A stretch of DNA of 64,000 nucleotides, taken from positions 166,780,001 through 166,844,000 of the forward strand of contig OX597814.1 of assembly GCA_951406725.2 (NCBI GenBank). The letters run 5' to 3'. Position 1 is the stretch's first letter. Each line of letters begins with the position of its first letter. Positions 11,946 through 24,943 of the stretch are shown in pieces. This DNA is from Octopus vulgaris (Eukaryota). The position numbers and the translations under genes were made by a program. A model generated the notes under the pieces. That model was not told where the DNA came from, did no database searches, and was given only the letters and a program-made list of their open reading frames with translations.

Positions 11946-13175
11946 CAAAAATACAACTTAAGCATCAACTCGCAAGAAATGTAGAATTATATGTGAAGAT
12001 ATTTTCTTTAGTTATTCTTTGATACAGGATAACTGAAAAATTTCTTCGGAAAATCAGCAAAATGTGTGAAGGAAAACTGCTTCCATAGCTTAAAACTCTT
12101 CTTCACTTCACTTCCTGGAGACTTGTAAATAAATAAATAAATAAATAAATAAATGAATGAATCTTGAATGAATGAATAATTGAGAAAAGTAAGCGGAAAT
12201 AGAAGTGAGAAATATTATTTATATTTTATTTTATTTATGTATTTTATATGATTAATTTACGTAGCATATATGGAATGAACTGGAAACAGTTAGGTGGAAA
12301 GTAAAAGATATCACTGGAGAACTGATATTACTGAAAGAAATAGTTCAATACTGCTTCTTTAAGTTAATATTAGGCGAATATTTATTCTCATTATTTCCTT
12401 CTAGTCAGTTGCCGAGCGGCAATTGTTTATCGTTTACACCATGGTTGCAATGGCTGCCTATAAAAATCTGCTGCATGATGTCGATACAGAGGGGAAATAT
12501 AGATAAGGAAAGATAAGGTATAAAAAAAATAACAAGAACAAAGAAATCCAGGATGATTTGCAGCGAGCGAGATCTTGCAGAAATGTTGCGTAGCCAGCAA
12601 AATCTGAAAAGCAGTGTTCCATATTAATAATTGAAGAAGCAAAGAAAGTATGTAATATGACGATGAGGAAGGAATTGAAAAAATGTTTCAGTAACGGAAA
12701 GTTTTCTGTGTTAATGTATTTGGTATGAGTGTATTTGGGCCCTTATTACTATATCAAATCCTCGAAATTGAAGCTGTTAGTGGCTCTAATGAAATACATC
12801 CAAGTTTTCTTGTATGGACTGGATAATATTAATATAGGCTTTCAAAATGAAACTTAATATAGTGACTCAGATTGTTATCGTTAATATCGTTCATAAAAAA
12901 AAGATACGATATGAAACATTTTGCTGTTGTTAAACAACATGTTGAATCACTATTAATAGAAGGTGGTGATATTACTAAAGAAAACGATGTTGTGAGCTCG
13001 GAGAATCATTGAAGAAAAGAAAAAAATATGTGTCGCGAAGTGATAGATAGAGGATTAATAAGGATGAGCTATGGAAAATGAAAGTGCTTCGAATCCAGTT
13101 TATTAAATATTGGCAACTCCAAAACAAAAGACTTAAGCAAGAAGGCTATATTATGGCTCTAAAATAATTTTTTTA

Positions 13176-13291
13176 ACTCTGGGTTCAGTCCCACTGCCCG
13201 AAACTTTGTGCAAATGCTTTCTACTAATAGATCCAGGTCGATTAAAGCGTTGTAAGTGAATTTGGTTGGCGGAAACCCTGTGGAAGCCCGT

Positions 13292-13323
<32 letters not shown>

Positions 13324-13690
13324 TGTATGTATGTATGTATGTATGTATGTATGTATGTATGTATGTATCTATCTATCTATCTATCTATCTATATGAGTGT
13401 GTATGTGTGTGTAAGCCTGTCGTATCTATCTATCTATCTATTTATCTATCTATTTATATACTTATTTTTCTGTCTATTTATCTAGCTCTGTGTATGTGTG
13501 TGCCTGTTTGTGTATGCATGTATACGTGTATATGTGTGCGTGTGTGTGTTTGTGTATGTGTGTGTGCTCCCTGAGAACGATAGAATAAGTATCAGACAAA
13601 AAAAGGTACTAGGGTTCATTTCTTTGACTAAAGCTCTTCAAAATAGTTCCCCCAGCATGAGCGGAAATCCATGACTGAAACAATTAAAAG
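13176..13690 (+). mobile_element. SINE family A, diverged, expanded internal microsatellite
   Basis: GGGTTCAGTCCCACTG head and CAGCATG...ATGACTGAAAC tail. Confidence 0.75.
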
Positions 13691-13962
13691 AAGTAAAAAA
13701 TGCTCAAGAGGTAAGAGATTGAACAGTTTGAATAAGCTGAATCTGAAATATACTGTTTGAAGATAATACGTAAGACATCCTTTGATGTGACTTCAAATCC
13801 CACAAGGGCCGATTATGCCTTTCCTCTTTCTGTGGTCGATAAAATTAAGTACCAGTCAGACGGTGGAATTCTTAAAATCCACTCTGCTGCTTGCCCAATT
13901 CTGGGAACTTGTAGCCTATATTACATATACTAGAATCAATATTTTGTGTACTTTCAAGAAGG

Positions 13963-14158
13963 CAAACTGGCAGAATCGTTACCACTCCGGGCATATTGCT
14001 TAGCGACATTTCGTTCGTCTTTGTGTTCTGAGTTCAAAATCCGCCGAGGTCAACTTTTGCCTTTCATTCTTTTGGGGTCCAGTTGAGCACGGGGCTCGAT
14101 GTAATCGACTGAACCCTTCTGAAATTACCGGCCTTATGCCAAAATTTGAAATCAATAT
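13963..14158 (+). mobile_element. SINE family B, diverged
   Basis: CTGGCAGAATCGTTA...CTGAGTTCAAA...GAGGTCAAC. Confidence 0.75.
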
Positions 14159-14894
14159 TTAGGGTGTCTTTATTTTGAAACGGAATATACATGCAGACAC
14201 GATTGACATTTAAAAGAGAATCAAATACATTTCTTATTCGTTTAAATGACATCTGTGTGTGCATCTGTGTCATTTAAAATACATATACTGTGTGGTTATC
14301 TTAGATAAGTAATCATAAAAGGATTTAATTAATTTGAGACATATTTTTACTTTTTGGAAATTCTTAATAAAGGAATATAATGTGGAAGTTGAATAAGCTA
14401 AGATTACAAGACAAACCTTATTGTTTGCAGACGTTGTTTAACCCCTGGTCATCTGTAATTGAGCAGCTATATGATCAAAATGTTGAAAAATGTTTCACTC
14501 ATGACGATCCTATTATTTTTTGTATCTAGGGTTACATTGTCCAATGTACTCGTCCTCTTTTCTTGATTGTTTTTAACGATAGGATATGGTTTGAGGGTGA
14601 TTCGACTGCTATTTTTAGTAGGTCGTGTGAACACGTAGAGACCCAAAAGTTCTGTTTGTTTTCACGAATTAAGGAAGGTATGAGTGCCGCTAAAAATTAT
14701 CCAAATTAAAGGAAGCTACATTTGGAGGGAATCAAAATGCACAATTGCGATTAGAGATGAGAAGATCTTGGTAGTGTGATAAAGGAAAATCATATTTTGT
14801 ATTCTAAACGATGTTCTTGTGGTGATTTTAGATGGCTTTTGTGATATTTTCTAATTTTCAAAGCCTTGTTATTTGATTGCATACTAAATAATAA

Positions 14895-15142
14895 ATGCGG
14901 CCATTTTTAAAGCCTAGCCAGGCTCATGGGTTCGGTTTCTCGGTTTCTATGGCGCATGTGTTCCCCAGCTTGGCGGGACGTCAGTCCATCGCAGCGTTAC
15001 TCATTTTTGCCAGCTGAGTGGACTGGAGCAACGTGAAATGAAGTGTTTTGCTCAAGAACACAACACGTCGCCCGGTCCAGGAATCGAAATCACAATCTTA
15101 CGATCATGATGCTGACACCCTAACCAATAAGCCACGCGCCTC
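14895..15142 (-). mobile_element. SINE family C
   Basis: Reverse complement GGCGCGTGGCTTATTGGTTAG...GTGTTCTTGAGCAAAACACTTCATTTCACGTTGCTCCAG. Confidence 0.85.
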
Positions 15143-15448
15143 CGATTGCATACTCATATAATGTAAAAATGAGCGAAAACGAACACCTTAATGGCCTTGG
15201 TGAACTCCACAAGAATTATTTAATTCCTTCATAGATGTTCAAATCAGTCAGTCAACACCACTTGACAACCGGTGTTGGTGTGCTTACGTTCCCGAAACTT
15301 AGCGTTTCAGCAAAAGAGAAAGACAAAGTAAGTAACAGGCTTTAAGAAAAATAAGTCCTGGAATCGATTCGTTTGAGTAAAGTTCTACATGACGGTGTCA
15401 GCATGACCGCAATTCAGTGACTGAAACAAGTTAAAGACAAAAGATATA

Positions 15449-15628
15449 CCGTATTTTAACGTGTATAAGGAACACTTGTGTATAAGGAACCCCCTAATTT
15501 TGGGAGCTTAAAATTTGGTAAAAATTGTTTTGTAAGTGATTATAATACTATCCATGTATAAGAAATTCCCATGTTTTTCTAAACTTAATTTTTGACAAAA
15601 AGGGCTTCTTATACACGTTAAAATACGG
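15449..15628. mobile_element. MITE with CCGTATTTTAACGTGTATAAG terminal inverted repeats (pogo/Tc2-like)
   Basis: Left TA-CCGTATTTTAACGTGTATAAG, right CTTATACACGTTAAAATACGG; perfect 21-bp TIR. Confidence 0.8.
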
Positions 15629-16041
15629 TTGTTATATAGAATCATATTATCAATGTATCCATTTTGTTATAACTAAGAATTTAATATGGGCGCTATGTAG
15701 GTGCTATTTCTAGCAAGTTCAGCGTTGACCCTTAAAAGGTGAATGAGTATGCACGATATAATGATACACAGAACGTGTATACGCGCACAATTCATTGTCA
15801 TGCACAATATTGGACTAAATTCGAAGCAACGAGGTATCGATCGAACTCAATTCTCCCATTCAACTGAAGCACTCGTCTTAAAAATGAAAGGACCTATTGA
15901 ACAGTATAATCTCAGCTTGTTATATGCGTGTGTATGCGCCTGAGTGTGTGTGTGTGTGTGTCTGAGTGCCTTTATGTGAGTGTGTGCGGGCATATGTTTA
16001 ATACGTTAGTATATCTTTTTCAATCAAACGTTACATATATA

Positions 16042-16375
16042 GACGCAGGCGTGGCTGTATGATAAGAAGTTTGCTTCCCAACCAGATGGTTCTGGGTTCA
16101 GTCCCACTGCGTAGACATTGGGCTAGTGTCTTCTACTAAAGCCACGAAAATTGATGGAAGCCCATTGTGTGTGTGTGTCCCACATCACCGATTGACAACC
16201 AGTTTTGGTACGTTTACGTCCCTATAACTTAGCGTTATTTTATCCGCAAGAGGCTAATAGAATAAGTACCAGGATTTAAACAAAAAAAGTACTAGGACCA
16301 ATTCATTCGATTAAAATTCTTAAAGTCGGTGCTCCAGCACGGCCGCAGGCAAATGACTGAAACAAATAAAAGATA
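16042..16375 (+). mobile_element. SINE family A
   Basis: Head and tail match the family. Confidence 0.85.
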
Positions 16376-16680
16376 AAATACAAAATGTTTAACCTACCAT
16401 AGCAGTTCATTTTCAATTACTTTTTGTTAAGTGTGTCGCTTTTAATCTGACTATTTTATCTATAAACTAAGTCATGTGTTTATTTCTTCTACCTGTTTCA
16501 ATTCGAAATACCTAACAGACGACTTGTCGTCTGTTTTTGGTGGTTTTCCTTGCCTGTTGATTATATTGTGAGACTTGTGTTATTGTTTTGTTAACGCGTT
16601 GACTCATTGTATTGTCTGGTTTATTGGAAGACAATTTCATTGAATCATCGTCGGCTTTGTTTAAGAATTCATATTATCAA

Positions 16681-16681
<1 letters not shown>

Positions 16682-16774
<93 letters not shown>

Positions 16775-17152
16775 GGTGGTCGTCGTGGTCGTGGTCGTGG
16801 TAGTCGTGGTCGTGGTGGTGGTCGTATGGTGGTGGTGATGGCGGTGATGGTGGTTATGGTGGTCGTGGTGGTAGTAGTAGTAGTAATAGTAGCAGCAGCA
16901 GCAGTAGCATCGTTGTTGTTATTACTGTTATAATACTAATACCAGTAAATACGTATGTATGTATGTATGTATGTATGTATGTATGTATGTATGTATGTAT
17001 GTGTATGTATGTATGTATGTATGTATGTATGTATGTATGCATGCATGCATGCATGCATGCATGTATGTATGTATGTATGTATGTATGTATGTATGTATGT
17101 ATGTATGTATGTATGTATGTATGTATGTATGTATGTATGTATGTATGTATGT
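16682..17152. repeat. Compound (ATT)n/(AGT)n/(GGT)n then (ATGT)n microsatellites
   Basis: Direct reading. Confidence 0.95.
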
Positions 17153-17153
17153 A

Positions 17154-17687
17154 CAGAGGCGTAGCCAGGTTTTAAAGCTATATACAGCGAGCACATAACA
17201 AAAAAGGCGCCGTAACACCTACCAAACAATTTTTAACTCATTTCTCTTATATTACGCGAAATATTTCATTAGTTATGATATACGTAATTGTATTCTACAT
17301 TCATTAATTTCTTGCTTCAGTAACAACGTCATTATGTGTGAAACTTACTGTGGGTGACGTGAAACAGATGAGACTCCACAGGATCGTCCAGTGTCGAGAG
17401 GCTATGATCTCAGAGTCTTTTGCTGGTTTTTTGGATGTCAATGGTTGCTAGCACATCACAGGAGATTCAGCAGACAGTTCAGAAACACGAGAGGTTGGTC
17501 AAATAAACTAATGACTCCAGAAAGTTCTCTCAAGACCACGCAATTAAATAAATGAAAAAAAAGACTCGACTTTTATCGCACAAGTGAACTAAAGAGTTAT
17601 TTATAAAAATCGTTGAAAAGGCACCAATTCTGAAAAACATACTCATAGGAAGAGGTTCTCTTTACACCCCTATTAGCTACATCATTG
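17154..17687. mobile_element. Possible old hAT-type non-autonomous element
   Basis: Ends CAGAGGCGTAGC and GCTACATCATTG form an imperfect TIR of the CAGNGGCGTAGC type. Confidence 0.4.
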
Positions 17688-17791
17688 TGCGTATATATGT
17701 ATACACACACACATACATGATACATACAGTAATGTAACTACACGTGTGCCGTTGGTGATGTCTTCTCCATCTTTGGACTTTTCTTTTCTCC

Positions 17792-17824
17792 TTTCCGACG
17801 AAGAGCTATGCTCGAAACGTCAAA
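17792..17824 (+). ncRNA. Minimal hammerhead motif (U4C variant)
   Basis: UUU-CCGACGA-a-GAGC-uau-GCUC-GAAA-CG-UC-AAA. Confidence 0.6.
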
Positions 17825-17939
17825 CTCTCTCCTTTCACCGAGCATCAAGCTAATACATTTCTTGTGCAAGTCCTCGTTTGTTGGGGGTTTTTTCGTTTTT
17901 TTTTATTTGAATTGACTGTGTTTGTGTGTTCATTGTTTC

Positions 17940-18330
17940 TTTTATCTTTTACTTGTTTCACGCATTAGACTGCGACTGTGCTGGGGCACTACGAAATTTA
18001 GTCGAACGAATCAACCCCCGTACTTTTTTTAAAGCCTGGTATTTATTCTATCGGTTCTTTTGTCGAAAAGCTAAATTACAGGGACGTAAACAAACCAACA
18101 CCAGTTGTCAGGCGGTGGTGTGGGACAAACACACACACACATACACACACACGTACAAACACACACGCACACATACGCACACACACACACACACATAAAT
18201 ATGATGAGCTTCTTTCAATTTCCGTCTAACAATTCCTCACACAAGACTTTGATCAGCCTAAGGCTACAGTAGAAGACACTTGCTCAAGGTGCCGTGCAGT
18301 AGGACTAAACCCGGAATTATGTGGCTGGAA
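17940..18330 (-). mobile_element. SINE family A, diverged
   Basis: Reverse complement match to family. Confidence 0.8.
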
Positions 18331-18955
18331 ATGCATAGATAACAGGTTGTTCTGTGTATGAATACAGCATTCAGTCGTAGTGACCTAGTTTGGGAGTCCC
18401 AGGGCTCTGAGGTTTGTGGAACCACCTCTTAGGCACTATCGTTGCTAGATCTGCTCTGACCTGGAGTAGAAACATCTGTCACGGTTATAGCTATGAGTTA
18501 AGTATCATGTTATAAAAGAAACTCCAAACACAAACCCTCACTGCCTTGTGAGTTTCTTGGGAAAGGAAAAAGCTAGACGAGTCAACCTCGATAGCAAATC
18601 AAAGAATGGAGTCCTTCAAGTGATCCAGTGCCCTCTTTGACACTGTTACGGTAATTCCAGAGTAGTTGGAGTTCTCCATCCTTATAAGGCAGTTCCCCTG
18701 GGAGAAGACCACTGCTTTGTAAAACCTACAGCTTGCTAGTCACCGCAGGCGTCTTAGCTCATGGAGCCACTGTGATTTGACGTCCAAGTCTTAAGTGTGG
18801 AATCGGATTTCGCAGGTTCACTGTCACTTTAAAACTAAGCGCAAGAAAGAGAATAAGCCCTGCAGCATCAAGGATATATTTACATAACCACTTGAGGGCC
18901 TGGCACTCTTCCTCATGATCTTCGGACATAAAGAAACTGCCATTATATATATATG

Positions 18956-19165
18956 CTTTTATTTGTTTCAGTCATTTGAATGCGGCCACGCTGGAGCACC
19001 GCCTTTAGTCGAGCAAATCGACCCCAGGACTTATTCTCTGTAAGCCTAGTACTTATTCTATCGGTCTCTTTTGCCGAATCGCTAAAATTACGGGGACGTA
19101 AACACACTAGCATCGGTTGCTAAAGACACACAAACATACACATACACATGCATATACATACTTAC

Positions 19166-19202
<37 letters not shown>

Positions 19203-19364
19203 CGACGGGCTTCTTTCAGTTTCCGTCTATTACATCCACTGACAAGGCTTTGGGAGGCCCGAGGCTATAGTAGAAGGCACTTTCCCAAGATGCCACGCAG
19301 TGGGACTGAACCCGGAACCATGTGGCTGGTAAGCAAGCTACTTACCACACAACCACTCTTGCGC
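18956..19364 (-). mobile_element. SINE family A
   Basis: Reverse complement match to family. Confidence 0.9.
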
Positions 19365-19374
19365 CTATGCCTAT

Positions 19375-19433
<59 letters not shown>

Positions 19434-19443
19434 TATATATATA

Positions 19444-20455
19444 TAAAGGGGTCAAATGCTCTTAGCTTAGACTTTTTTTTGGGTGGGGGCAACCAGATCG
19501 AACCATCTCAAGTCTAACTGCCCGAAATGGTTGTGACTTCTGGAACTTGACTGAGGAAAGAAAGCCACGAATGATCCATCTTTTTTTTTTTTTTTGTCCT
19601 TCTAGTTGTTGTTTCTCTTGTCCGCCTTTGTATCGTCTGTCTGTCCGAATGTTTTAAAGTCATCTTTTGCGTTTTTGTTCTTTATTTATATTTATATTCG
19701 TATAGCGGCATACGAACACACTTGTTCTCACCTTATAGTAGGTATGTATCTAAATTTTTTTCTGATTCTTCCTCTGCCTTTTATTCCCCCTCTCATTTTC
19801 CTTCCTTTTTCTCACTCGCCCTCTCTCACATTTCTTTTCCCTCTCTTACTTCAAGTCCCACTAATTCCCACTCGTTTATTCCCCCCCCCCCCTGTACCAT
19901 TCTCTTTGTCTCTGATTTTTTTCTAATCCTTCAATCCCGCTGCCCCCTACCCAGCTCTCCTCCTTCCACGTGACCGGTTCCGGCCAGCCACGATCTTTCT
20001 TTCTTGGCCTGACTGCCGACCGCCAACACCTCTTATGTCCATTTCCTATGTTCCTGCCCTTGGGCCTTCACTTCATACACACCAGTTCATTTTGATTCGT
20101 TCTCAGTTGAAAAATACCTGTTATTTCTTATTGTTTGTATTCGTAATTGTGTACCATGTTCTCCGTTTTTTGTTTGTTTGTTTTTTGCCTTTGTTGCCGT
20201 ACACATTCACTAGCCTTCTTACAAAGGAATCTAATGCTCTTAGCTTAAATTTTTTGCGGGGCAACCAGATCGAACCATCTCAAGTGTAACTACCCGAAAT
20301 GGTCGTGACTTCTGGAACTTGACTGAGGAAAGAAAGCCACAAATGACCCGCCTTTTTTTGCCTGTCCTTCTAACTGTTGTTTCTCTTGTCTGTCTTTGTA
20401 TCGTCTATGTTTCCGAATATTTTAATGTCCTCTACTGAGTTTTTGTTCCATTTAT
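19444..20455. repeat. About 1-kb unit with about 240-bp terminal direct repeats between two (TA)n tracts
   Basis: AATGCTCTTAGCTTA...GCAACCAGATCGAACCATCTCAAG...CTGGAACTTGACTGAGGAAAGAAAGCCAC at about 19444-19690 and 20222-20455. Confidence 0.8.
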
Positions 20456-20477
20456 ATATATATATATATATATATAG

Positions 20478-21380
20478 ACATCAACATCAAGATACACAAC
20501 CCCATCGTCACAACAGATATCTGCTACAAAAAACCGACACACACTAATATTTATATTTCTACTCCCGCCACCCATCCCACGTAAAAAGAAACATTCCATA
20601 TAGTATGGCAAGACGCATATGCAGCATAGTGGTCGACTCGCAAACACGCCAAATAAGACTAAATTAACTTTAAAAACTTCCTACTAGAACAGAAATACCC
20701 ACTCAAATTAATAGAAAATGGAATCTCAAGAGCAACGAAACTGGACATCACACAACTCAGAACTCCAAAAAAGAAAAACAAAGAAAACATCCTCCCATTC
20801 ATAAACACACAACCCTGGAGTTACCAACATGTTTGAAATTATACAATCAAACTTAACAATAGACCTACAAAGCCCCAAAATGGGAAACCTATTTAACAAA
20901 TACTGCATAAAAAAACAGTAAAAGCCAAGAGAGAAACCTGAAAAACAACTAACAAGAGTAAAATTCTCATCAGAGAATGAAACCGTATTCTTTGTGAAAG
21001 AATGTGGAGATAGTAGATGTGGGATCTGCGGTAACCCCATCTATAAATATATAGAGGAAAACAGTCAAATAAAATTTAAGAGTGGACACATTTAAAATAA
21101 ATGCAACCATGAATTGCAAGACACGAAACTTAATATATTGCATAACTTGTCCCACATGCAAGAAGAACTATATTGGTGAAACTGGCAATTCTTTATGCCA
21201 ACGAGTCAGAATTCACTGACAGGGAGAGCTACAAAAAATTCCACTAAGTAAATACTTAGAAACATGTGGAAAAGGAAGATTTAAGATCTTTCCCTTCTAT
21301 AAATGCCCAAGGAATGACACCTTCAGAAAAAACATGGAACAACACTTCATAGCAAAATTCTCACCCAAACTGAATGGCTA
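20478..21380 (+). mobile_element. Penelope-like element fragment: RT C-terminus, linker and GIY-YIG endonuclease (frameshifted)
   Basis: Translates in pieces to HPSHVKRNIPYSMARRICSIV, ECGDSRCGIC, MNCKTRNLIYCITCPTCKKNYIGETG, FKIFPFYKC...HFIAKFSPKLNG*. Confidence 0.92.
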
Positions 21381-21941
21381 AAAATATGAAAATCACATTA
21401 ACTTCCTTATAAACCCATTTGGAACCCTAAGATATATGCATATGTGTGTGTGTGTATGTATATACATAAATAGAGACATTCTTGCATCCAGATTTTCCAA
21501 CCCATACCGGCATGGGAATCAAACATTGGACAATAATGATGATGATGATGATGATGATGATGATAATAAGTCCAGACAATTTTATGAAAAAGTAACTAAT
21601 TATTCCTCATCAAAACAGACCGCCCTTAGAGTAACCACCTGGTCTTGCCATTTTCACAGACTAAGAATCAACTTGTCATCTTCTGTTGAAAGAACTGACC
21701 AACTGTATAGATATAAACACATTTTCCTTCTTTCTTTCTTCCTTCCTTTCTTTCCTTCTATTTTCCATTGACATTAAGAAAAAAACACATTTTTTCACTT
21801 TGAAAACATTTTTCTTTCAGATCCCCTGGTGTGCTGGCTGAACCAAAGTAAGCATCTGCTCCAGCCACCTACTTAAAAATATTATTTTTCTTTATCTCCT
21901 GTTCAAAACACTTCCTTTCAGATACACAGGCACACACACAT

Positions 21942-22003
<62 letters not shown>

Positions 22004-22153
22004 TCTCTCTCACTTTCTTCCTCCACTATCTCTCCATTTCTCTCCATCTTTTCTTACCCTTTACACTCCACATTACTCTTCTTTGCCCCCTCTCTCTCCA
22101 CCCAACCCATTCACTAATACTTATAAAAAGAGACAAATCCCTTCACACAATTT

Positions 22154-22195
22154 AAATCTGAAGAATCTATTAGAGTAGATGAAAATATGTGATTT
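22154..22195 (+). ncRNA. Degenerate hammerhead motif at PLE 3' end
   Basis: AAAU-CUGAAGA-AUCUA-uuagag-UAGAU-GAAA-auaugug-AUUU; cleavage-site region not canonical. Confidence 0.5.
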
Positions 22196-22490
22196 GTAAA
22201 AACATGACATGTTAATAAATATTTATAAATATTTGTATATATACAACCATCCAGATCTCTGAATACCTTATTTTTCCTTATATATATATATATAATAGAA
22301 ATATGTTACAAAAAGAAAATAGAAACTACACGTGGTTATGTAAGGGGGAAGTAAGTAAAATCAACGAAAATGCACATTGTAAATAAAAAGTAAAGGTTTT
22401 TTATGAAAAGTTAAGAAAGATATATACAATTAGATGAACTGAGGTAGGAATAAAAGTAATAAAAGTCATTATTGTAAGATTATTAAAGAG

Positions 22491-22537
22491 ATTCAAGCAT
22501 ATCGCGGTTTCGTGAGTTACTATTAATTGCTTTGAAT
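22491..22537 (-). ncRNA. Degenerate hammerhead-like motif (A3-U8, G5 mutated) at PLE 3' end
   Basis: Reverse complement AUUCAAAGCA-AUUAAUA-GUaacucAC-GAAA-ccgcga-UA-UGCUUGAAU; 9-bp bulged stem I. Confidence 0.4.
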
Positions 22538-22719
22538 GCACACCGGTTAATGAAAGGTGTCAGGTCTAATAGTTCCTGAGTAAAAAAATTATTTGTAAGG
22601 GAGGTAAGTAGTTCTGGATTTGGTGCAATTAGGTTAGATATAGAATTGTAATGTGAATGGTGTAAGGGATGTATGGGGGTTAGTGGTATTAATTGAAAGG
22701 TTAGTAGTGTTCTGTATAA

Positions 22720-23085
22720 TGTTAAGTGTTCATATTTAGTCGGGGAAGATATTTATTGATGAAAGTTGCCTCTTTATTCATTCTTTGTTGCATTGAGGTG
22801 TTCCGTGAACATTGATAGAAGGGGAAAATTTGGAAATTAGGGTTAAAATTCCTAGCACACCTTTCTATGTGTTCACTAACCTGTAACTGTCTGTATTGTA
22901 GGTGGCGGATTTGTTCTTTGTGGATAGTGGTTCTTCGACGGAGTGATATTCCTGTTTGCCCAATATAGTTGTTACCACATCATAAGCATATCATAGCATA
23001 AATTAGATTTTCCGAGGAACAGGTGAAATTTGATTTGATCTTAAATATTTCACCTTGTTTAAAGTGGAATTCTGAACCCTCCAAA
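22720..23085 (-). mobile_element. Penelope-like element fragment (GIY-YIG domain)
   Basis: Reverse complement translates QGEIFKIKSNFTCSSENLIYAMICL*CGNNYIGQTGISLRRRTTIHKEQIRH...VSEHIERC. Confidence 0.9.
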
Positions 23086-23092
23086 AGGTGGG

Positions 23093-23155
<63 letters not shown>

Positions 23156-23160
<5 letters not shown>

Positions 23161-23700
23161 GCTGAATACAAAGTAAACAACGTTTTGAAACACGATATTC
23201 ATCACAATATATTTTAACAATGCGGAAATTTTATTCATCAAAGTAAGTACCATTACAATCAACACATTTTTGCCAACAAGTAACATAAAAATCTGGAGTC
23301 CTGGAGCTGATGAACTCTTTGAAGGCATTTTCAGCATCGGTTTGATTTTTGAATTCCTACTTTCGCAGGAAACCATCAAGGTAGGGAAAAAGTGGTAGTC
23401 GGTAGGAGAAAGGTCGGGGGTATAAGCTTGGTGTGGAAGAACTTCGTAGCCAAGTTCACTCAACCTCTAGAGCGTCATTAGTGAAACGTGTGATCAAGCA
23501 TTGTCATGAAGAATGATTGAATCTCTTCTGTTGACCAGTCTGGGACAGAGGAGTAGCAGTTTTCCATTTATTTTGGCAGATTTCATGTGCAGAAATGTTT
23601 TTCCCGGGTTTCAAGGAGTTATAGTGGATGAGTCAAGCAGTACACCGCCAAACAGTCACCATAACCTTTTTGACGAACTCGGGTTTAGGGACGAGTAAAT
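23156..23700 (-). mobile_element. Mariner transposase C-terminal relic with terminal repeat
   Basis: LHDNA and ELGYEVLPHQAYTPDLSPTDYHFF (YSPDLAPSD motif); end TATTAGGCTGAATACAAAG abuts (TA)n. Confidence 0.9.
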
Positions 23701-23702
23701 TT

Positions 23703-23791
23703 CATATTGAGGAAGTGTCCTCTACTATAGAATCGGTCCAGCCAAAGTCTTGTGAGTGGATTTGGTAGACAGAAATGGAAAAAAGCCCGTC

Positions 23792-23874
<83 letters not shown>

Positions 23875-24125
23875 TGTATGTATGTATGTGTATGTATATA
23901 TTATGTGTGTGTGTCTTTCCGTCTGTGTTTGTTCCCCACTATCACTTGACAACCGATATTAGTGTGTTTACGCCCCCGTAACTTAGCGGTTCGACAAAAT
24001 AAACCGATAAAATAAGTACCAGGTTTTCAAAGAATAAGTCCTGGGATCGATTTCTTCGACTAAAAATCCCTTAAAGGCGGTGATCCCGCATGGCGGCGGT
24101 CAAATGACTGAAACAAGTAAAAGAA
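23703..24125 (+). mobile_element. SINE family A, 5' truncated
   Basis: Match to family. Confidence 0.85.
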
Positions 24126-24551
24126 TATAAGAATAAAAGGACAATAAAACAAGAACACAGTAAATCTGAAGTGAAGAGCGAATATATAGTGTGTGTGTTT
24201 ATTTGACAAAAAAAGATGACCGTCCCGATTGCACATCAAGTATCTTACAAAACAAATACATATACGTATCAACAACAATATTTGTGATTTATACTTTTTA
24301 GAAATTAGAAACATTATACGTATATATTGATCTATGTATGTCTGCATTGTATGTATATATATATTGATCTGTGTATGTATTTTCGTGTTTCCACGCAATC
24401 TCGCATACACCATGCCTTAATGAATATCTATTTATAGAAATATATAGAACAACTAGTTATAAACTTTGCTCAAGCAGACCTATGATCAAAAATATTCCAG
24501 CCTTGACCATTCCGTCTTTTTAGGTTCAGTTTTCTAGGAATACATTACTCA

Positions 24552-24943
24552 ATCTCTAAATATATAAAGCTGAAGTTGTCTGTGTATGGTAGGTTTGGTA
24601 GCCTTCAACTAACACTATCTCCTCCGAGACCCTGCGGTGCAAGTTGACCAAAATTGAGAGAATGATAGAAGAAGGCTTGCTCTTCCTTCCGTAGAAGAAA
24701 AATTTCAAATCGGACCATGTTAACACCAAAAATTATTTACATAAAAAAGGGGCTTTTTTTCTATAAAAATCCCTATTTTTTACGACTTTTTGACTGCTGT
24801 GTCGCCATTTTTCTGTGTATTTCAATCAGAAAAATGTTCACTTGAGAATAACAAGCTACATAATGCAAAATTTTTACTTTTCAAAAATTCCAATTCTAAA
24901 GGGTCGAAACAAATCCGGGCAACGCCGGGCGATACTGCTAGTA
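24552..24943 (-). mobile_element. Helentron-associated/DINE-1-like element, second subfamily
   Basis: Reverse complement starts ACTAGCAGTATCGCCCGGCGTTGCCCGGA (same terminus as 9574) and ends CTTTATATATTTAGAGAT. Confidence 0.7.

Noticed and set aside
19485-19535. GGGCA...TGCCC-GAAA as a hammerhead
   Set aside because: No recognisable CUGANGA-type core or stem I; kept only as a candidate conserved motif.
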